DNA of 64,000 bases. Origin: Candidatus Methanoperedenaceae archaeon. GTDB taxonomy: Archaea > Halobacteriota > Methanosarcinia > Methanosarcinales > Methanoperedenaceae. The position numbers were made by a program, and so were the translations under genes. Below are positions 10,338 through 21,535 of the stretch, piece by piece. Position 1 is the first letter of the stretch, and every line of letters begins with the position of its first letter. Location of the stretch: NCBI GenBank assembly GCA_963753595.1, contig CAVWCX010000006.1:30937-94936 (forward strand). The letters are read 5' to 3'. The notes beneath the pieces are model-generated. The model searched no databases. It was not told the DNA's origin and was given only the letters and a program-made list of their open reading frames with translations.

Positions 10338-11672
10338 ATGAAAGACCTAATTGCTAAGATCGAAAATAAAACTGCTAAAATTGCAGTCATCGGTATGGGA
10401 TATGTAGGATTGCCACTTGCATTAACTTTTGCAAATGAATATCAGGTGGTTGGATATGATATAAAAAGTGAAACAATAAATTCCTTGCTGGAAGGGAAAT
10501 CTCATATAAAGGACGTCAAAGAAGAAAAATTGCTAAAATATCTGGATAAAACTTTCATTCCAACATCTAATCATAATGACCTTGAAAAATGCGATTTTAT
10601 ATTCATTTGTGTTCCAACTCCACTTATGGAAGAAAAGGAACCAGATTTGAGTTTCATAAGAAATGCATGTGATACGATATCACTGATCCTAAGAAGAGGC
10701 CATTTCGTAGTTTTAGAGAGCACAACTTATCCGGGTACTACAGAAGAATTAGTAGTTCCAATACTTGAAAAGAATGGATTAAAAGCCGGCATTGATTTTG
10801 GTGTTGCATATTCTCCTGAGAGAGTTGATCCTGGAAGTAATCTTGAACTAGAGAGTATTCCAAAAATCGTAAGCGGAATTAACCAGGAATGTACGGATAT
10901 AATAGCAAAATTATATGGAAGTGTCATTACTGATGTCGTTCAGGTAAAAGACTGCAGGACGGCAGAGGCTACCAAAATTTTCGAGAACATTTTCAGGAAT
11001 GTTAATATTGCATTGGTAAATGAGTTCGCATTAATATGTGAAAAAATGGACATAAATGTCTGGAACGTGATTGATGCTGCAGCTACAAAGCCATATGGAT
11101 TTATGGCATTTTATCCTGGACCTGGGGTAGGAGGGCACTGTATACCTTTGGATCCCTATTATTTATCATATAAAGCAAAAAAATATGGAATAATTCCCAG
11201 GTTCATAGAAATGAGCGGAGAAATCAATGATTATATGAAAATTCACACAGTCAATCTGGTATCTGAAGGATTAAAACAAATAGGAAAAAAAATTTCCAAT
11301 TCTAATATTGCAGTCTTGGGATTAGCCTATAAGAAAAATATTGATGATACCCGCGAATCTCCAGTGAAAAAGATCATAGAAGAAATCATGAATTTAGGTG
11401 GAAGTATTAAAGTATATGATCCATATGCAAAGTCAATAGGAACTAGATTTGGAAAGATCATCTCAGAAAAATCATTAGATGACGCAGTGAAAAGTTCGAA
11501 TTGTATTGTATTTACAGTAGATCATTCGGAGTTTAAAAAAATTGATCTAAAAAGAATAAAACAATTGATGGAAAATCCTATTATTGTTGATTGTAAAAAC
11601 ATATTTGATGATGATGGTTCCCTTAATGATTTCATATATTTATGCATAGGTAAACCACTCAATCGATGTTAA
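10338..11672 (+). CDS. Nucleotide-sugar dehydrogenase (UDP-GlcNAc/ManNAc 6-dehydrogenase, WbpA/WecC-like)
   Basis: GMGYVGLP, ESTTYPGTT, SPERVDPG, PGPGVGGHCIP (catalytic Cys), DDTRESP. Confidence 0.92.
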   Translation: MKDLIAKIENKTAKIAVIGMGYVGLPLALTFANEYQVVGYDIKSETINSLLEGKSHIKDVKEEKLLKYLDKTFIPTSNHNDLEKCDFIFICVPTPLMEEKEPDLSFIRNACDTISLILRRGHFVVLESTTYPGTTEELVVPILEKNGLKAGIDFGVAYSPERVDPGSNLELESIPKIVSGINQECTDIIAKLYGSVITDVVQVKDCRTAEATKIFENIFRNVNIALVNEFALICEKMDINVWNVIDAAATKPYGFMAFYPGPGVGGHCIPLDPYYLSYKAKKYGIIPRFIEMSGEINDYMKIHTVNLVSEGLKQIGKKISNSNIAVLGLAYKKNIDDTRESPVKKIIEEIMNLGGSIKVYDPYAKSIGTRFGKIISEKSLDDAVKSSNCIVFTVDHSEFKKIDLKRIKQLMENPIIVDCKNIFDDDGSLNDFIYLCIGKPLNRC

Positions 11673-11752
11673 ATATGGCATTTACTAATGACAATTAAAG
11701 TAAAATAGAAGTTACAGTATTAACCCCGGTATATAAATGAAGAGTAGTTAAA

Positions 11753-13246
11753 TTGAATATTAAAGAAACTATCAGCAAGTTAGCAAAACCGGGTGAGAAC
11801 CTCTCTCAACGTACGGTCAGAAGTAGTTTTTGGGTATTTACCCTCAGGATAATTTCGCAACTTTTCGGTCTATTAAAGCTCTTTATTCTTGCGCGAATCC
11901 TCGCACCCAATGATTTTGGTTTAATGGGTATCGCATTTTTAACCATGGCAACTTTAGTAACATTTTCAGAAACTGGGTTTGAATCTGCTTTAATACAAAA
12001 GAAAAAGAATATCGAATCTTATCTGGATGTTGCATGGACTATTTTGATCATACGTGGTTTTGTTCTATTTATTTTGCTCTATTTAATTTCACCTTATGCA
12101 GCAATTTTCTTCAATGCTCCAGAAGCAGAATCTATAATTAAAGTAATTGGGCTTTCGCTGCTTCTTCAAGCATTTAAAAATATTGGAATTATATATTTTA
12201 TGAAAGAATTGGAGTTCAGGAAGCAGTTTGTTTACCAATTCTCCGGTGTATTCGCCGATTTTATTGTGGCGGTTTCTTCTGTTTTTATATTTAGGAATGT
12301 TTGGGCAATTGTATTTGGGTTGCTTGCAGGAAATTTAGCACTGCTGGTTGTAAGCTATATAATACATCCATATAGACCACATTTAAGTTTAGATATAAAA
12401 AAAACAAGGGAACTTAATAATTATGGAAAATGGATATTCGGATCGAGTATTTTAGGTTTTATGCTGACCCAGGGAGACGATATAATAGTTGGTAAAATCC
12501 TTGGTATAAATGCTTTAGGTTTTTACCAAATGGCATACAAAATTTCCAATATGCCTTCAACAGAAATTGCAAATATACTTATGAATATAACTTTATCATT
12601 GTATTCTAAATTACAGGATGAAATTCAAGTATTAAAAGAAACTTTTTTAAAGATACTGCAATTAACAAATTTCTTTTCATTTCCAATAGCAGGTTTAATT
12701 TTTATTATGTCTTCTGATTTTACGATGATCTTCCTGGGAGAAAAATGGATGCCAATGGTGGCAGCAATAAAGGTACTGGTTTTGTGGGGGGTAATAAGAG
12801 GAATGTTTGGAACCATGATTCCAGTATTTATGGCCATAGGAAAGCCTGCAATAGTAACCAAGCTTCAGACTGTACAATTAATATTAATGTTTATTTTTAT
12901 CCTTCCTTTAACTAAAAAGTGGGATATTGTTGGAGCTTCGATGGCAGTTTTTTTGAGTGCTTTTATAATGTTTTTTGTGAGGAACCATATTTTAATTATG
13001 ACTATTAAATGCAGATATTATGAGTTTTACAAATTAACACTCTTCCCTTTGATTACTACTGTTGTCAGTATGTTATTTACTTTTTACTTTAACTTGTTTT
13101 TTGTTTACCAATCTAATATTTACTATTTTGTGGTTTCGATTGGAATTTTTTTGATGGCATATATCTTTTCAAATTATATTATAGATAAATATTCAAATTA
13201 TGGTATGTGGTTAATCTTAAAAGAAAGTTTAAATCGTTTTAGGTGA
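11753..13246 (+). CDS. Wzx-type (MOP superfamily) polysaccharide flippase
   Basis: LARILAPNDFG, LGFYQMAY, FLGEKW motifs; 12-14 hydrophobic segments. Confidence 0.88.
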   Translation: MNIKETISKLAKPGENLSQRTVRSSFWVFTLRIISQLFGLLKLFILARILAPNDFGLMGIAFLTMATLVTFSETGFESALIQKKKNIESYLDVAWTILIIRGFVLFILLYLISPYAAIFFNAPEAESIIKVIGLSLLLQAFKNIGIIYFMKELEFRKQFVYQFSGVFADFIVAVSSVFIFRNVWAIVFGLLAGNLALLVVSYIIHPYRPHLSLDIKKTRELNNYGKWIFGSSILGFMLTQGDDIIVGKILGINALGFYQMAYKISNMPSTEIANILMNITLSLYSKLQDEIQVLKETFLKILQLTNFFSFPIAGLIFIMSSDFTMIFLGEKWMPMVAAIKVLVLWGVIRGMFGTMIPVFMAIGKPAIVTKLQTVQLILMFIFILPLTKKWDIVGASMAVFLSAFIMFFVRNHILIMTIKCRYYEFYKLTLFPLITTVVSMLFTFYFNLFFVYQSNIYYFVVSIGIFLMAYIFSNYIIDKYSNYGMWLILKESLNRFR

Positions 13247-13263
13247 GTGGTTGATCAAGAATA

Positions 13264-14334
13264 TTATTTTAGAAATAATGTATTTAATAGATTTCTTTTT
13301 GTTTCACCAATTTTAGCTTTTAAAATAAAATTATATATTATGAGTTTTTGAATATATGTGATCATAATAGAGAGTGAAGAAATACAAATAAATTTTAATA
13401 TAAAATTGTTAACCCATTGAGGAAAAAAAGTGATGAAATATTCCCAGGCGAATAAAAATAAGATATGCCACAGATAAATCCACAAAGAAGAAGAGCTTAT
13501 GAATGTTGTTGTATTGCTATATATATATTTTATGTATTTATGATTACTCAATGAATATAAAAACAAAGATATGCCTATTGCATATAAAAGATAATACATG
13601 CGCGGTGGATATTTAAAAAGCTGAGTAGGAATAAAAGCATCAGAATTATAGAAGTAGGCTAATAAAATAAACAAGACTGTAACTATTGAAATTATTATAT
13701 TAATAAACTTTTGATTAAGAGTTGGTAAACGCAATCCTAATCCAAACAAAAATCCATATGGGAAAATATAGAAAACATAATTTTTAATAAAAAAATCTAA
13801 TAAAAATATATTAGTGTCTTTGTAATAAAAATAACTTATCTCATACAACATATAAAAACTTGATAATAAAATAAAATATAGTAAGTTGTTATTTATTCTT
13901 CGATTAATTTTTAATAAGAATGGTCCTGTAATCGCTGCTAAAATAAATACCTTAATGATCCAGACATATCCTATACCACCTATTAAGACAAAACTATATA
14001 AAATATATTTAAATGAAAAGGGATAGTCCAGTCCTTTTATCGAATAAAGTAAGAAATAAAAGACAAAAAAGAAAATTAAAAAAGCCCAGGTTGGTAAAAG
14101 TAATCTTAGTATTCTTTCCCTTAAATATGAATAAAATGTATAAATTTTTTTTATAGATGTCATTCCAAAGACAGCACCCGAAATAATTACCATTAATGGA
14201 ACATCGAAATTTCTTAGCTGAAAAATTAACGGAGGTGGATTTGTATGTGCTAAAATAATACAAAATATTCCTATGGTTCTTAAAATATCATATCGAATAT
14301 CCCTGTTAGGTAAATCCGGATTTTTATAGATCAT
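13264..14334 (-). CDS. Acyltransferase family 3 (membrane O-acyltransferase)
   Basis: RxxxxDxLR...ILAH, FDVPL, RILRLLLP, SLWIYLWH motifs; very AT-rich. Confidence 0.8.
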   Translation of the reverse strand: MIYKNPDLPNRDIRYDILRTIGIFCIILAHTNPPPLIFQLRNFDVPLMVIISGAVFGMTSIKKIYTFYSYLRERILRLLLPTWAFLIFFFVFYFLLYSIKGLDYPFSFKYILYSFVLIGGIGYVWIIKVFILAAITGPFLLKINRRINNNLLYFILLSSFYMLYEISYFYYKDTNIFLLDFFIKNYVFYIFPYGFLFGLGLRLPTLNQKFINIIISIVTVLFILLAYFYNSDAFIPTQLFKYPPRMYYLLYAIGISLFLYSLSNHKYIKYIYSNTTTFISSSSLWIYLWHILFLFAWEYFITFFPQWVNNFILKFICISSLSIMITYIQKLIIYNFILKAKIGETKRNLLNTLFLK

Positions 14335-14443
14335 ATGAGATCATATGTTTCCTTATGAGATTGTTGCTTTTTCAGTACGCCCCTTAGAGTGGACAATTTA
14401 TGACCATTAGTTAAGGTACTATATATAAATTTAACTTCTTCGT

Positions 14444-15762
14444 GGGTGTAAAATCTTTTGGTGTTAAATATTTTTTGAAATGTTATTTAGCCAATAATTC
14501 TTCCTGATATCCAGATATTTTAAAGCTCCATCTGGTGTTTTGAAGATCCTTTTTAATGAATCAGGCATAGTAGTTCGATAATAGTTTTCAATGGGATTCG
14601 TTGTTCTTGAAACAAACCCATCCCTCATAAAAAGAGTGAGTCTTTCAAAATCATCCTCTATTTTTTGTATAAATTTATGGATAATTTTTGGTGTTGCATT
14701 TGATTTCTCCAACAATCCATTAAGTCTATTGATAGCGATATTCAAGTCGAAAGTTCTGAAAATTTCCTTAATTTCAGTAAATAATATGCATAATCGAATT
14801 TTATTGGTGTTTGAAATGAATTTAGATCTTAATTTTGGAAAAATCTCTTTGCCGATCATTTTAAAGAGATGAAAAATACAAAGTTGATGGTTGATTTTCA
14901 GTTCATCCATTATGCTTTTATATTCTCTTCTGTGATCCGTTGTAATTGCGTGGACTGGTATGCCAGATATCGCTTTTTCTATGAACGATTTAACTGTATC
15001 ATATTGAAAATCATTGACGATCAACTCTTTTACTGGCTTATTGAGTATTGAATCAATCAAATTTATTCGATAAAATCGCTTCCCATCGATCTTTAAGTAT
15101 TGCTCGTCATAGCAATAATACCCAGATAAATTCGGTTCTATTGCTTCCGATTTTGGATTCATTTCAAAAATCCAGTTGTATATTGTTTGATGTGAAGGAG
15201 AATGATTGTAGAAAGAGTGAAATATCTTTTTCAAATGTCTGAATGAATTATAACCTGTCTTAAAGCTTTCACATATGTGATTTTGATAAATCCTGGCATA
15301 TTGATGTCCTTTTTCTACGATAGCGTCAATGGGTGTGCTGAATTTCTTGTCACATGTTTTGCAATAATAACGTCTCACATAAACTGTTTGATGACCAAAT
15401 TCCGCCAATTTTAAATTGCGTGGATAATATTCCTGTTTTATCACTTTTGAAGAACTACATTCCGGACAATGGGGATATAGAATCTCAAATCTATTTCCGA
15501 TATGAAATAATAGTTCCACGGGGTTATTTATATTTCTTGATCTGTTTTCTGATAATCGAGATGCAATTCCTTCTTTTATCTTGGGAACTTTTGAAATGTA
15601 ATCGGATAATTTAAGTTGTACTGAAGCAATACAGTTTTCGAAAGTAGATACGATGTTTAGTTGCATAAATATATATCTACTTTCATAATATTTAAATCTT
15701 TCTATTTTAATCTGTCAATAAAAAATAAATTCTTCTCCAACACCAAACTTTTTGACAGCCCC
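14444..15762 (-). mobile_element. Insertion sequence (~1.3 kb) with imperfect terminal inverted repeats; ISNCY/ISM1-like group suspected
   Basis: Left end gggtgtaaaatcttttggtgtt (14444-14465) matches the reverse complement of right end 15739-15762 (ggggctgtcaaaaagtttggtgtt); encloses one DDE transposase. No target duplication seen. Confidence 0.75.
14464..15666 (-). CDS. DDE transposase with N-terminal zinc ribbon
   Basis: CPEC...CKTC zinc ribbon, HTH (SHQTIYNW), YCYDEQY, ITTD, QLCIFHL, TTNPIENY. Confidence 0.88.
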   Translation of the reverse strand: MQLNIVSTFENCIASVQLKLSDYISKVPKIKEGIASRLSENRSRNINNPVELLFHIGNRFEILYPHCPECSSSKVIKQEYYPRNLKLAEFGHQTVYVRRYYCKTCDKKFSTPIDAIVEKGHQYARIYQNHICESFKTGYNSFRHLKKIFHSFYNHSPSHQTIYNWIFEMNPKSEAIEPNLSGYYCYDEQYLKIDGKRFYRINLIDSILNKPVKELIVNDFQYDTVKSFIEKAISGIPVHAITTDHRREYKSIMDELKINHQLCIFHLFKMIGKEIFPKLRSKFISNTNKIRLCILFTEIKEIFRTFDLNIAINRLNGLLEKSNATPKIIHKFIQKIEDDFERLTLFMRDGFVSRTTNPIENYYRTTMPDSLKRIFKTPDGALKYLDIRKNYWLNNISKNI

Positions 15763-15888
15763 GATTGGATTTCTGTAGGGTTCTGAAATATTATGCAGCA
15801 ACTTGAAAAAAGAGCAATTCCCAAAGGCCTCATCTTCATGGCTGCAGGCATAAGGGAATTGTTGATATTTTTACAATTATTTTCTTCT

Positions 15889-16026
15889 TTATTTCGGCAA
15901 AGGTGCCTTGCGAGATCTCAGTTTTGCATTAAAATCGTCTAATCTCTTTTTTTCAGCAGGATCTTCTTTTGCTTTTACATTTTTCGCTGCCGTTGCATTA
16001 TCCATTGAATTTTCCAGTCCAACCAT
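15889..16026 (-). CDS. Small hypothetical protein (45 aa)
   Basis: MVGLENSMDNATAAKNVKAKEDPAEKKRLDDFNAKLRSRKAPLPK preceded by a strong SD (aaggaggtga); below the ORF-track cutoff. Confidence 0.55.
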   Translation of the reverse strand: MVGLENSMDNATAAKNVKAKEDPAEKKRLDDFNAKLRSRKAPLPK

Positions 16027-16090
16027 TTTTTCACCTCCTTCCAAATTTATTCTTCAATATTTTTGAACATAATAAATTTCAGCGCAAAAT

Positions 16091-16309
16091 TTAGAAATTC
16101 ACCTTAAAGCGTTCTCTTTCTTTAGATCCATTTAGATTCTTTATATGAGATATGATCCTTTTTTCAGGAACTTTATATGCCCATCCGCTGAAACTGTCTA
16201 CATACAATATTTCCTCATTGTAATTCTCTTCTACGAATTGAACCTGTCCTTTGTGTTTTTCATCTGATCCGACGTTGAATTCTACAACATCTCCTCGTGT
16301 GTATTTCAT
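16091..16309 (-). CDS. Small hypothetical beta-rich (SH3/KOW-like) protein
   Basis: 72 aa; GDVVEF...GQVQFV pattern; SD-like ggagtggg upstream. Confidence 0.6.
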   Translation of the reverse strand: MKYTRGDVVEFNVGSDEKHKGQVQFVEENYNEEILYVDSFSGWAYKVPEKRIISHIKNLNGSKERERFKVNF

Positions 16310-16609
16310 ATTAAATCCCCACTCCTGCAGTTTACTCGCTGGTAAACAATCTACTAAATGAACCAGTAGTATTTAAAAGTATCCAATAGTTCATTTAATT
16401 TTAAACGATATTATGCTTGCCTGTGATATTACAGGATTTATTAACATTGTTGGGTTTAAGAAATTAATGAAAACAAGGTTAAATGAAATTGACCGTTATG
16501 TTTAAATAAGGCATAAAGTATGGGATTAATAATCTATCAAAAGTGGGAAATCCAATTAATAATTAAGATAGAGTTGTGATTCATAAACCATTGAAAAAGG
16601 AGCAATCTA

Positions 16610-18334
16610 ATGACTAAAGTAAAAAATAATGTAAATTCCATGGAGGGCCTGCCTAAATGCCAGACAGGGATCCGGGGACTTGATGAAATAACAGAAGGGG
16701 GATTGCCAAAAGGGCGCCCTACGCTGGTATGCGGCAATGCCGGGTGCGGTAAAACATTGTTAGCGATGGAATTTCTTATTCGCGGCGCAGTTCAATATAA
16801 CGAACCTGGTGTCTTTATGTCATTTGAGGAATCCTCCGAAGAACTGTCCCAGAATGTGGCATCCCTGGGGTTTGACCTGAAAGACCTTGCAGAACGCAAA
16901 AAGATGTTTCTTGATCACGTTCGCATCGAAAGAAATGAAATCGAAGAGACCGGTGAATATGACCTCGAAGGGCTGTTCATCCGCCTCAACCACGCAATCG
17001 GTTCGATCGGTGCAAAGCGCGTGGTGCTTGATACCATAGAATCGCTCTTCGGCGGATTATCCAATGAAAGCATTCTGCGCGCCGAACTTCGAAGGCTGTT
17101 CCGCTGGTTAAAAGACAAAGGCGTTACTGCAATAATTACAGGAGAAAGAGGTGAAGGCACCCTGACGCGGTACGGGCTGGAGGAATACGTCTCAGATTGT
17201 GTCATCCTGCTTGACAACAGGGTGGAAGGGCAGATTTCCACCCGGCGTTTGCGCATCGTTAAATATCGCGGTTCAGCGCATGGCACAAATGAGTATCCGT
17301 TCCTGATAGATGAATTTGGCATTTCAGTTCTTCCCATTACATCACTTGGATTGCAACACGATGTATCTACTGAACGGATATCCTCTGGCATTGCCACTCT
17401 TGATACCATGATGGGAGGGGAGGGATACTATCGCGGCAGCAACATTCTCGTCTCAGGTACGGCTGGGACAGGTAAAACCAGCATTTCGGCCCATTTTGCC
17501 AATGCAGCCTGTAAGCGCGGCGAACGATGCCTCTATTTTGCATTTGAGGAAGCTCCGAGCCAGATTATCCGGAATATGCGCTCCATCGGCATTGACCTTG
17601 AGCCATGGATGAAGCAGGAACTTTTGGATATTTACGCTGTGCGTCCCACGATCTACGGGCTGGAAATGCATCTTGTAAAGATGTACAAGCTGATAAATGA
17701 ATTTAAGCCGCAAGTCGTTATCATCGACCCGATTACAAATTTGATCACTGTTGGCAGTGAAACTGAAGTCAAATCAATGTTATCACGCCTTATTGATTTC
17801 TTAAAAATGAACCAGATCACAGCTCTTTTTACAAACCTGTCGCACGCCGGGGGTGCTCTTGAACTGACAGAGTTTGGTATCTCATCGTTGATGGATACAT
17901 GGCTTCTACTGCGCGATATTGAAATCGGAGGCGAGCGCAATCGCGGCCTGTACATATTAAAGTCCCGGGGCATGGCGCATTCCAACCAGATACGGGAGTT
18001 CCTGCTAACCGATAAAGGCATAGACCTGGTAGATGTGTATCTTGGTCCGTCAGGCGTGCTGACAGGCTCTGCGCGGGCTGCACAGGAAGCGCAGGAGAAA
18101 GCTTCTGACACTTTGCGACGGGAGGATATCGAACGTAAGAAGCGTGAATTTGAACGCAGGAGCAAAGCCCTGGAAGCACAAATCACAGCCCTGCGTTCTG
18201 AGTTTGAAGCGGCGCAAGAAGAAGTAAATAAGCTCACCCGGCAAGAAGAAATGCAGGAGGGCACCCTGGCGCATGATCGTATAGAAATGGGACGTCTTCG
18301 TAAGTCAGATGTTTCTAATACAAACCTGTCATAG
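16610..18334 (+). CDS. kaiC: Circadian clock protein KaiC (double-domain, KaiC2-type, C-terminal coiled coil)
   Basis: Two RecA domains with Walker A GNAGCGKT and [11 protein letters not shown] catalytic motifs, KYRGSAH and [14 protein letters not shown]; phosphosite region GISSLMDT; tail GVLTGSAR followed by coiled coil. Confidence 0.95.
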   Translation: MTKVKNNVNSMEGLPKCQTGIRGLDEITEGGLPKGRPTLVCGNAGCGKTLLAMEFLIRGAVQYNEPGVFMSFEESSEELSQNVASLGFDLKDLAERKKMFLDHVRIERNEIEETGEYDLEGLFIRLNHAIGSIGAKRVVLDTIESLFGGLSNESILRAELRRLFRWLKDKGVTAIITGERGEGTLTRYGLEEYVSDCVILLDNRVEGQISTRRLRIVKYRGSAHGTNEYPFLIDEFGISVLPITSLGLQHDVSTERISSGIATLDTMMGGEGYYRGSNILVSGTAGTGKTSISAHFANAACKRGERCLYFAFEEAPSQIIRNMRSIGIDLEPWMKQELLDIYAVRPTIYGLEMHLVKMYKLINEFKPQVVIIDPITNLITVGSETEVKSMLSRLIDFLKMNQITALFTNLSHAGGALELTEFGISSLMDTWLLLRDIEIGGERNRGLYILKSRGMAHSNQIREFLLTDKGIDLVDVYLGPSGVLTGSARAAQEAQEKASDTLRREDIERKKREFERRSKALEAQITALRSEFEAAQEEVNKLTRQEEMQEGTLAHDRIEMGRLRKSDVSNTNLS

Positions 18335-18354
18335 ACAGTAAAGGAGAAAAGGAA

Positions 18355-18690
18355 ATGAAAAATATAACAGAAACAGGACAAAAAAAACCAGAAATACCGG
18401 AAGCAGAATCCGATATGTGGGAACTGAGGCTTTATGTTGCAGGACAGACACCCAAATCCATGACAGCATTTGCCAATCTTAAGAAACTCTGTGAAGAACA
18501 CCTTGCGGGTAAATACAGGATCGAAGTAGTTGACCTCCTGCAAAATCCACAGCTTGCCAGGGGTGACCAGATACTTGCCATCCCGACGCTTGTAAGGAGA
18601 CTGCCCCCGCCTTTAAAGAAAATAATCGGGGATCTCTCCAACACCGAGCGGGTTCTTGTCGGGCTTGATCTGCGTCCCTTCAAAGAATAA
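18355..18690 (+). CDS. kaiB: Circadian clock protein KaiB (copy 1)
   Basis: [12 protein letters not shown]...[31 protein letters not shown]. Confidence 0.95.
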   Translation: MKNITETGQKKPEIPEAESDMWELRLYVAGQTPKSMTAFANLKKLCEEHLAGKYRIEVVDLLQNPQLARGDQILAIPTLVRRLPPPLKKIIGDLSNTERVLVGLDLRPFKE

Positions 18691-18726
18691 GCAGGAGGAG
18701 ATAGAATACATTTAAGGGGTTAAACT

Positions 18727-19065
18727 ATGATTGAAACAAAATTAAAAGATACGACAGGAGAATTTGAACAATCTCTTCAACTGGGAGATGCAAAAACATA
18801 TGTCCTGCGTTTATACATTACCGGGATGACGCCCAGGTCTACAAGGGCTATCGTGAATATCAAAAAAATATGTGAGGAACACCTCAAGGGCCGCTACGAA
18901 CTTGAAGTAATCGATATCTATCAGCAGCCCGAACTTGCTAAAGATGCACAGATAATTGCAGCGCCCACGCTTATAAAGAAACTTCCTCTTCCCTTACGGA
19001 AACTTATCGGCGATATGTCTAATAGGGAACGTATTCTTGTGGGATTGGATCTGCGACCCAAGTAA
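18727..19065 (+). CDS. kaiB: Circadian clock protein KaiB (copy 2)
   Basis: LRLYITGMTPRS...PELAKDAQIIAAPTLIKKLPLPLRKLIGDMS. Confidence 0.95.
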   Translation: MIETKLKDTTGEFEQSLQLGDAKTYVLRLYITGMTPRSTRAIVNIKKICEEHLKGRYELEVIDIYQQPELAKDAQIIAAPTLIKKLPLPLRKLIGDMSNRERILVGLDLRPK

Positions 19066-19072
19066 TAAAGTC

Positions 19073-21529
19073 ATGAAGAAAAAAGATGGATCATATGAGG
19101 AACTTCTGCTTGAAGTTGAAAAACTTCGTGATCAATTAGCGGAAAGTGAAGAAACTTTGCGAGCCATCAGGAGTGGTGAGGTAGACGCATTTGTTCTCTA
19201 CGGGGAAAAAGGGGAGCAGGTTTTCACTTTGAAAGGGGCAGAGCAGCCCTACCGTATTCTTATAGAGGAAATGAAGGAAGGGGCAGTAACACTGGGCGCC
19301 GACAATTCTATCCTTTATTGCAACAGCGGTTTTGGCCGGATGCTGAAGACCCCTCTTGAAAAATTGATCGGCACCAGTATTTTGCACTATGTTTCGCCAG
19401 CCGACTCGGAGATTTTTGAGGAATTATTGCAGCAAGTGACACAGGAGAGCAGAAACAGGGAAATCTCCTTTGTGGCAGGGGATGGAACGTATGTGCCGAT
19501 GTATCTCTCCCTCAATTCCCTGCAGCAGGACGGGATGGAATTGATCAATCTTGTTGCCATGGATATGACAGATCAAAAACGGGTGGAAGAGGAGTTACGA
19601 AGGACACGTGATGAATTAGAAATCAGGGTACTGGAGCGGACAGCAGAACTTGTAACTGCCAATGAAGAATTGTCTAATCAGAGCGAAGAAAGATACGGGG
19701 AACTGGCTCAAAGCATCGGGGAAGTCTTCTATGCCATGGACAAAAAGCTAAGATATACTTACTGGAATAATGCATCTGAAACTCTTACAGGAATCCAGTC
19801 TAAAGATGCTATTGGAAAATCTCTATTTGAGCTTTTCCCTGAGCTAAAAGGCACAAGAACGGAGAAGTTGTACAGGGAGGTATTAATAACACAGCGACTT
19901 CGTCATTTCGTGACCAGATACCGGGCTGGAGATAAGACCCTCACTTTTGAAATCAATGCCTACCCCTCTAAGTTCGGCCTCTGGGTTATCGCTAAAGATA
20001 TCACGAAGCGCATGATGTCTGAGGAACTGATCCGGGAGCAGGCCGCCCTTCTTGATAAAGCGCGTGATACTATTGCAGTGCGGGATTTAGAACAGCGCCT
20101 CATCTACTGGAATAAAGGCGCAGAGAGTATGTATGGATGGACGGCAAAGGAAGCTTTAGGCAAGAATGCAGATGAGCTCCTGTATAAAGAAAAATCACCG
20201 AAACTGATCGATGCCCAAAAAACCGTTATCGAGATGGGGGAATGGATAGGCGAGCTGGACCAGGTGACAAAAAATGGTAAAGAGATTACCGTCGAGAGCC
20301 GCTGGAGCCTTGTGCAGGATCATGAGGGGAGACCGAAATCAATACTTATCATCAATACCGACATCACGGAGAAGAAAAAGCTGGAGATGCAGTTCCTGCG
20401 GTCTCAGAGGATGGAAAGCATAGGCACTCTTGCGGGCGGCATAGCACATGACCTCAACAATGTACTGACGCCAATTATGCTGTCGCTGCAAATGTTAAAA
20501 GAAAAAATCAACGATGAACATAGCCGGAAATTGTTAACTATTCTTGAGCAGAACTCCTGGCGGGGAGCTAATTTAATAAAGCAGGTTCTATCTTTTGCAC
20601 GAGGTGTCGAGGGTGAACGCAATCCTCTCCAGGCAAATGACCTCATATCTGAAATCGGGAAGGTCGCAAAAGAGACATTTCCAAAAAATATCAAGATCAG
20701 AACTGACCTGAAAAAAGACCTATTTGCCATCTCAGGAGACGCTACACAGTTACACCAGGTTATAATGAACCTGTGCGTGAATGCCCGCGATGCTATGCCG
20801 GATGGCGGAATCTTAAGAATCACAACTTCGAATTTTTTCATTGATGAGGATTATGAAAGTCTGCATGCAGAAGCTAAACCTGGCTCTTACGTTCTCATTT
20901 GCGTCTCAGATACCGGGATCGGTATCCCTCCTGAGATAATGGATAGGATTTTTGAACCATTTTTCACGACAAAGGAGTTTGGCAAAGGCACGGGACTTGG
21001 CCTTTCAACAGTACTTGGAATTGTGAAGAGTCACAGCGGATTTATAAATGTGCATAGTGAGGTTGGAAAAGGAACGAAATTCAGTGTATATTTGCCTGCG
21101 ATTAGAACCGAAGTAAAAAAAGAAGGAGAAGAACAGCTTAATTTGTGCATCGGGCATGGAGAGTTGATCCTGGTTGCTGAAGATGAAGGCCCGATTCGTG
21201 AAATTACTTCCTCGATACTGGATACATATGGGTATAAAGTGCTTGCAGCGGATGACGGTGAGAAGGCAGTGGCATTGTATGCTCAAAATAAGGATAAAAT
21301 CAAAGTTGTTCTTATGGATATGATGATGCCAATTATGGATGGTCATGCGAGCATCCGGGCGATCCATAAGATCAACCCTGAGGTTAAGGTTATTGCTGTT
21401 AGTGGATTAGCAGAGAAAGATAAACATGCAAAGTTTGGAAGCTCTCATATAAAGGCTTTTTTATCAAAGCCTTATACTGCGCAGAGATTGTTAAAAACCA
21501 TACACGAAGTTATTATAGGTACAGAATAG
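19073..21529 (+). CDS. Multi-PAS hybrid sensor histidine kinase with C-terminal receiver domain
   Basis: Three PAS/PAC repeats, H-box GIAHDLNN, N-box [12 protein letters not shown]-boxes DTGIG and GTGLGL, receiver (EDE...LMDMMMP...KP); ATG at 19073 preferred. Confidence 0.92.
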   Translation: MKKKDGSYEELLLEVEKLRDQLAESEETLRAIRSGEVDAFVLYGEKGEQVFTLKGAEQPYRILIEEMKEGAVTLGADNSILYCNSGFGRMLKTPLEKLIGTSILHYVSPADSEIFEELLQQVTQESRNREISFVAGDGTYVPMYLSLNSLQQDGMELINLVAMDMTDQKRVEEELRRTRDELEIRVLERTAELVTANEELSNQSEERYGELAQSIGEVFYAMDKKLRYTYWNNASETLTGIQSKDAIGKSLFELFPELKGTRTEKLYREVLITQRLRHFVTRYRAGDKTLTFEINAYPSKFGLWVIAKDITKRMMSEELIREQAALLDKARDTIAVRDLEQRLIYWNKGAESMYGWTAKEALGKNADELLYKEKSPKLIDAQKTVIEMGEWIGELDQVTKNGKEITVESRWSLVQDHEGRPKSILIINTDITEKKKLEMQFLRSQRMESIGTLAGGIAHDLNNVLTPIMLSLQMLKEKINDEHSRKLLTILEQNSWRGANLIKQVLSFARGVEGERNPLQANDLISEIGKVAKETFPKNIKIRTDLKKDLFAISGDATQLHQVIMNLCVNARDAMPDGGILRITTSNFFIDEDYESLHAEAKPGSYVLICVSDTGIGIPPEIMDRIFEPFFTTKEFGKGTGLGLSTVLGIVKSHSGFINVHSEVGKGTKFSVYLPAIRTEVKKEGEEQLNLCIGHGELILVAEDEGPIREITSSILDTYGYKVLAADDGEKAVALYAQNKDKIKVVLMDMMMPIMDGHASIRAIHKINPEVKVIAVSGLAEKDKHAKFGSSHIKAFLSKPYTAQRLLKTIHEVIIGTE

Positions 21530-21535
21530 GATATT

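Noticed and set aside
17653-18543. 296-aa antisense ORF over kaiC/kaiB
   Set aside because: Shadow ORF of well-supported genes with no recognisable motifs.
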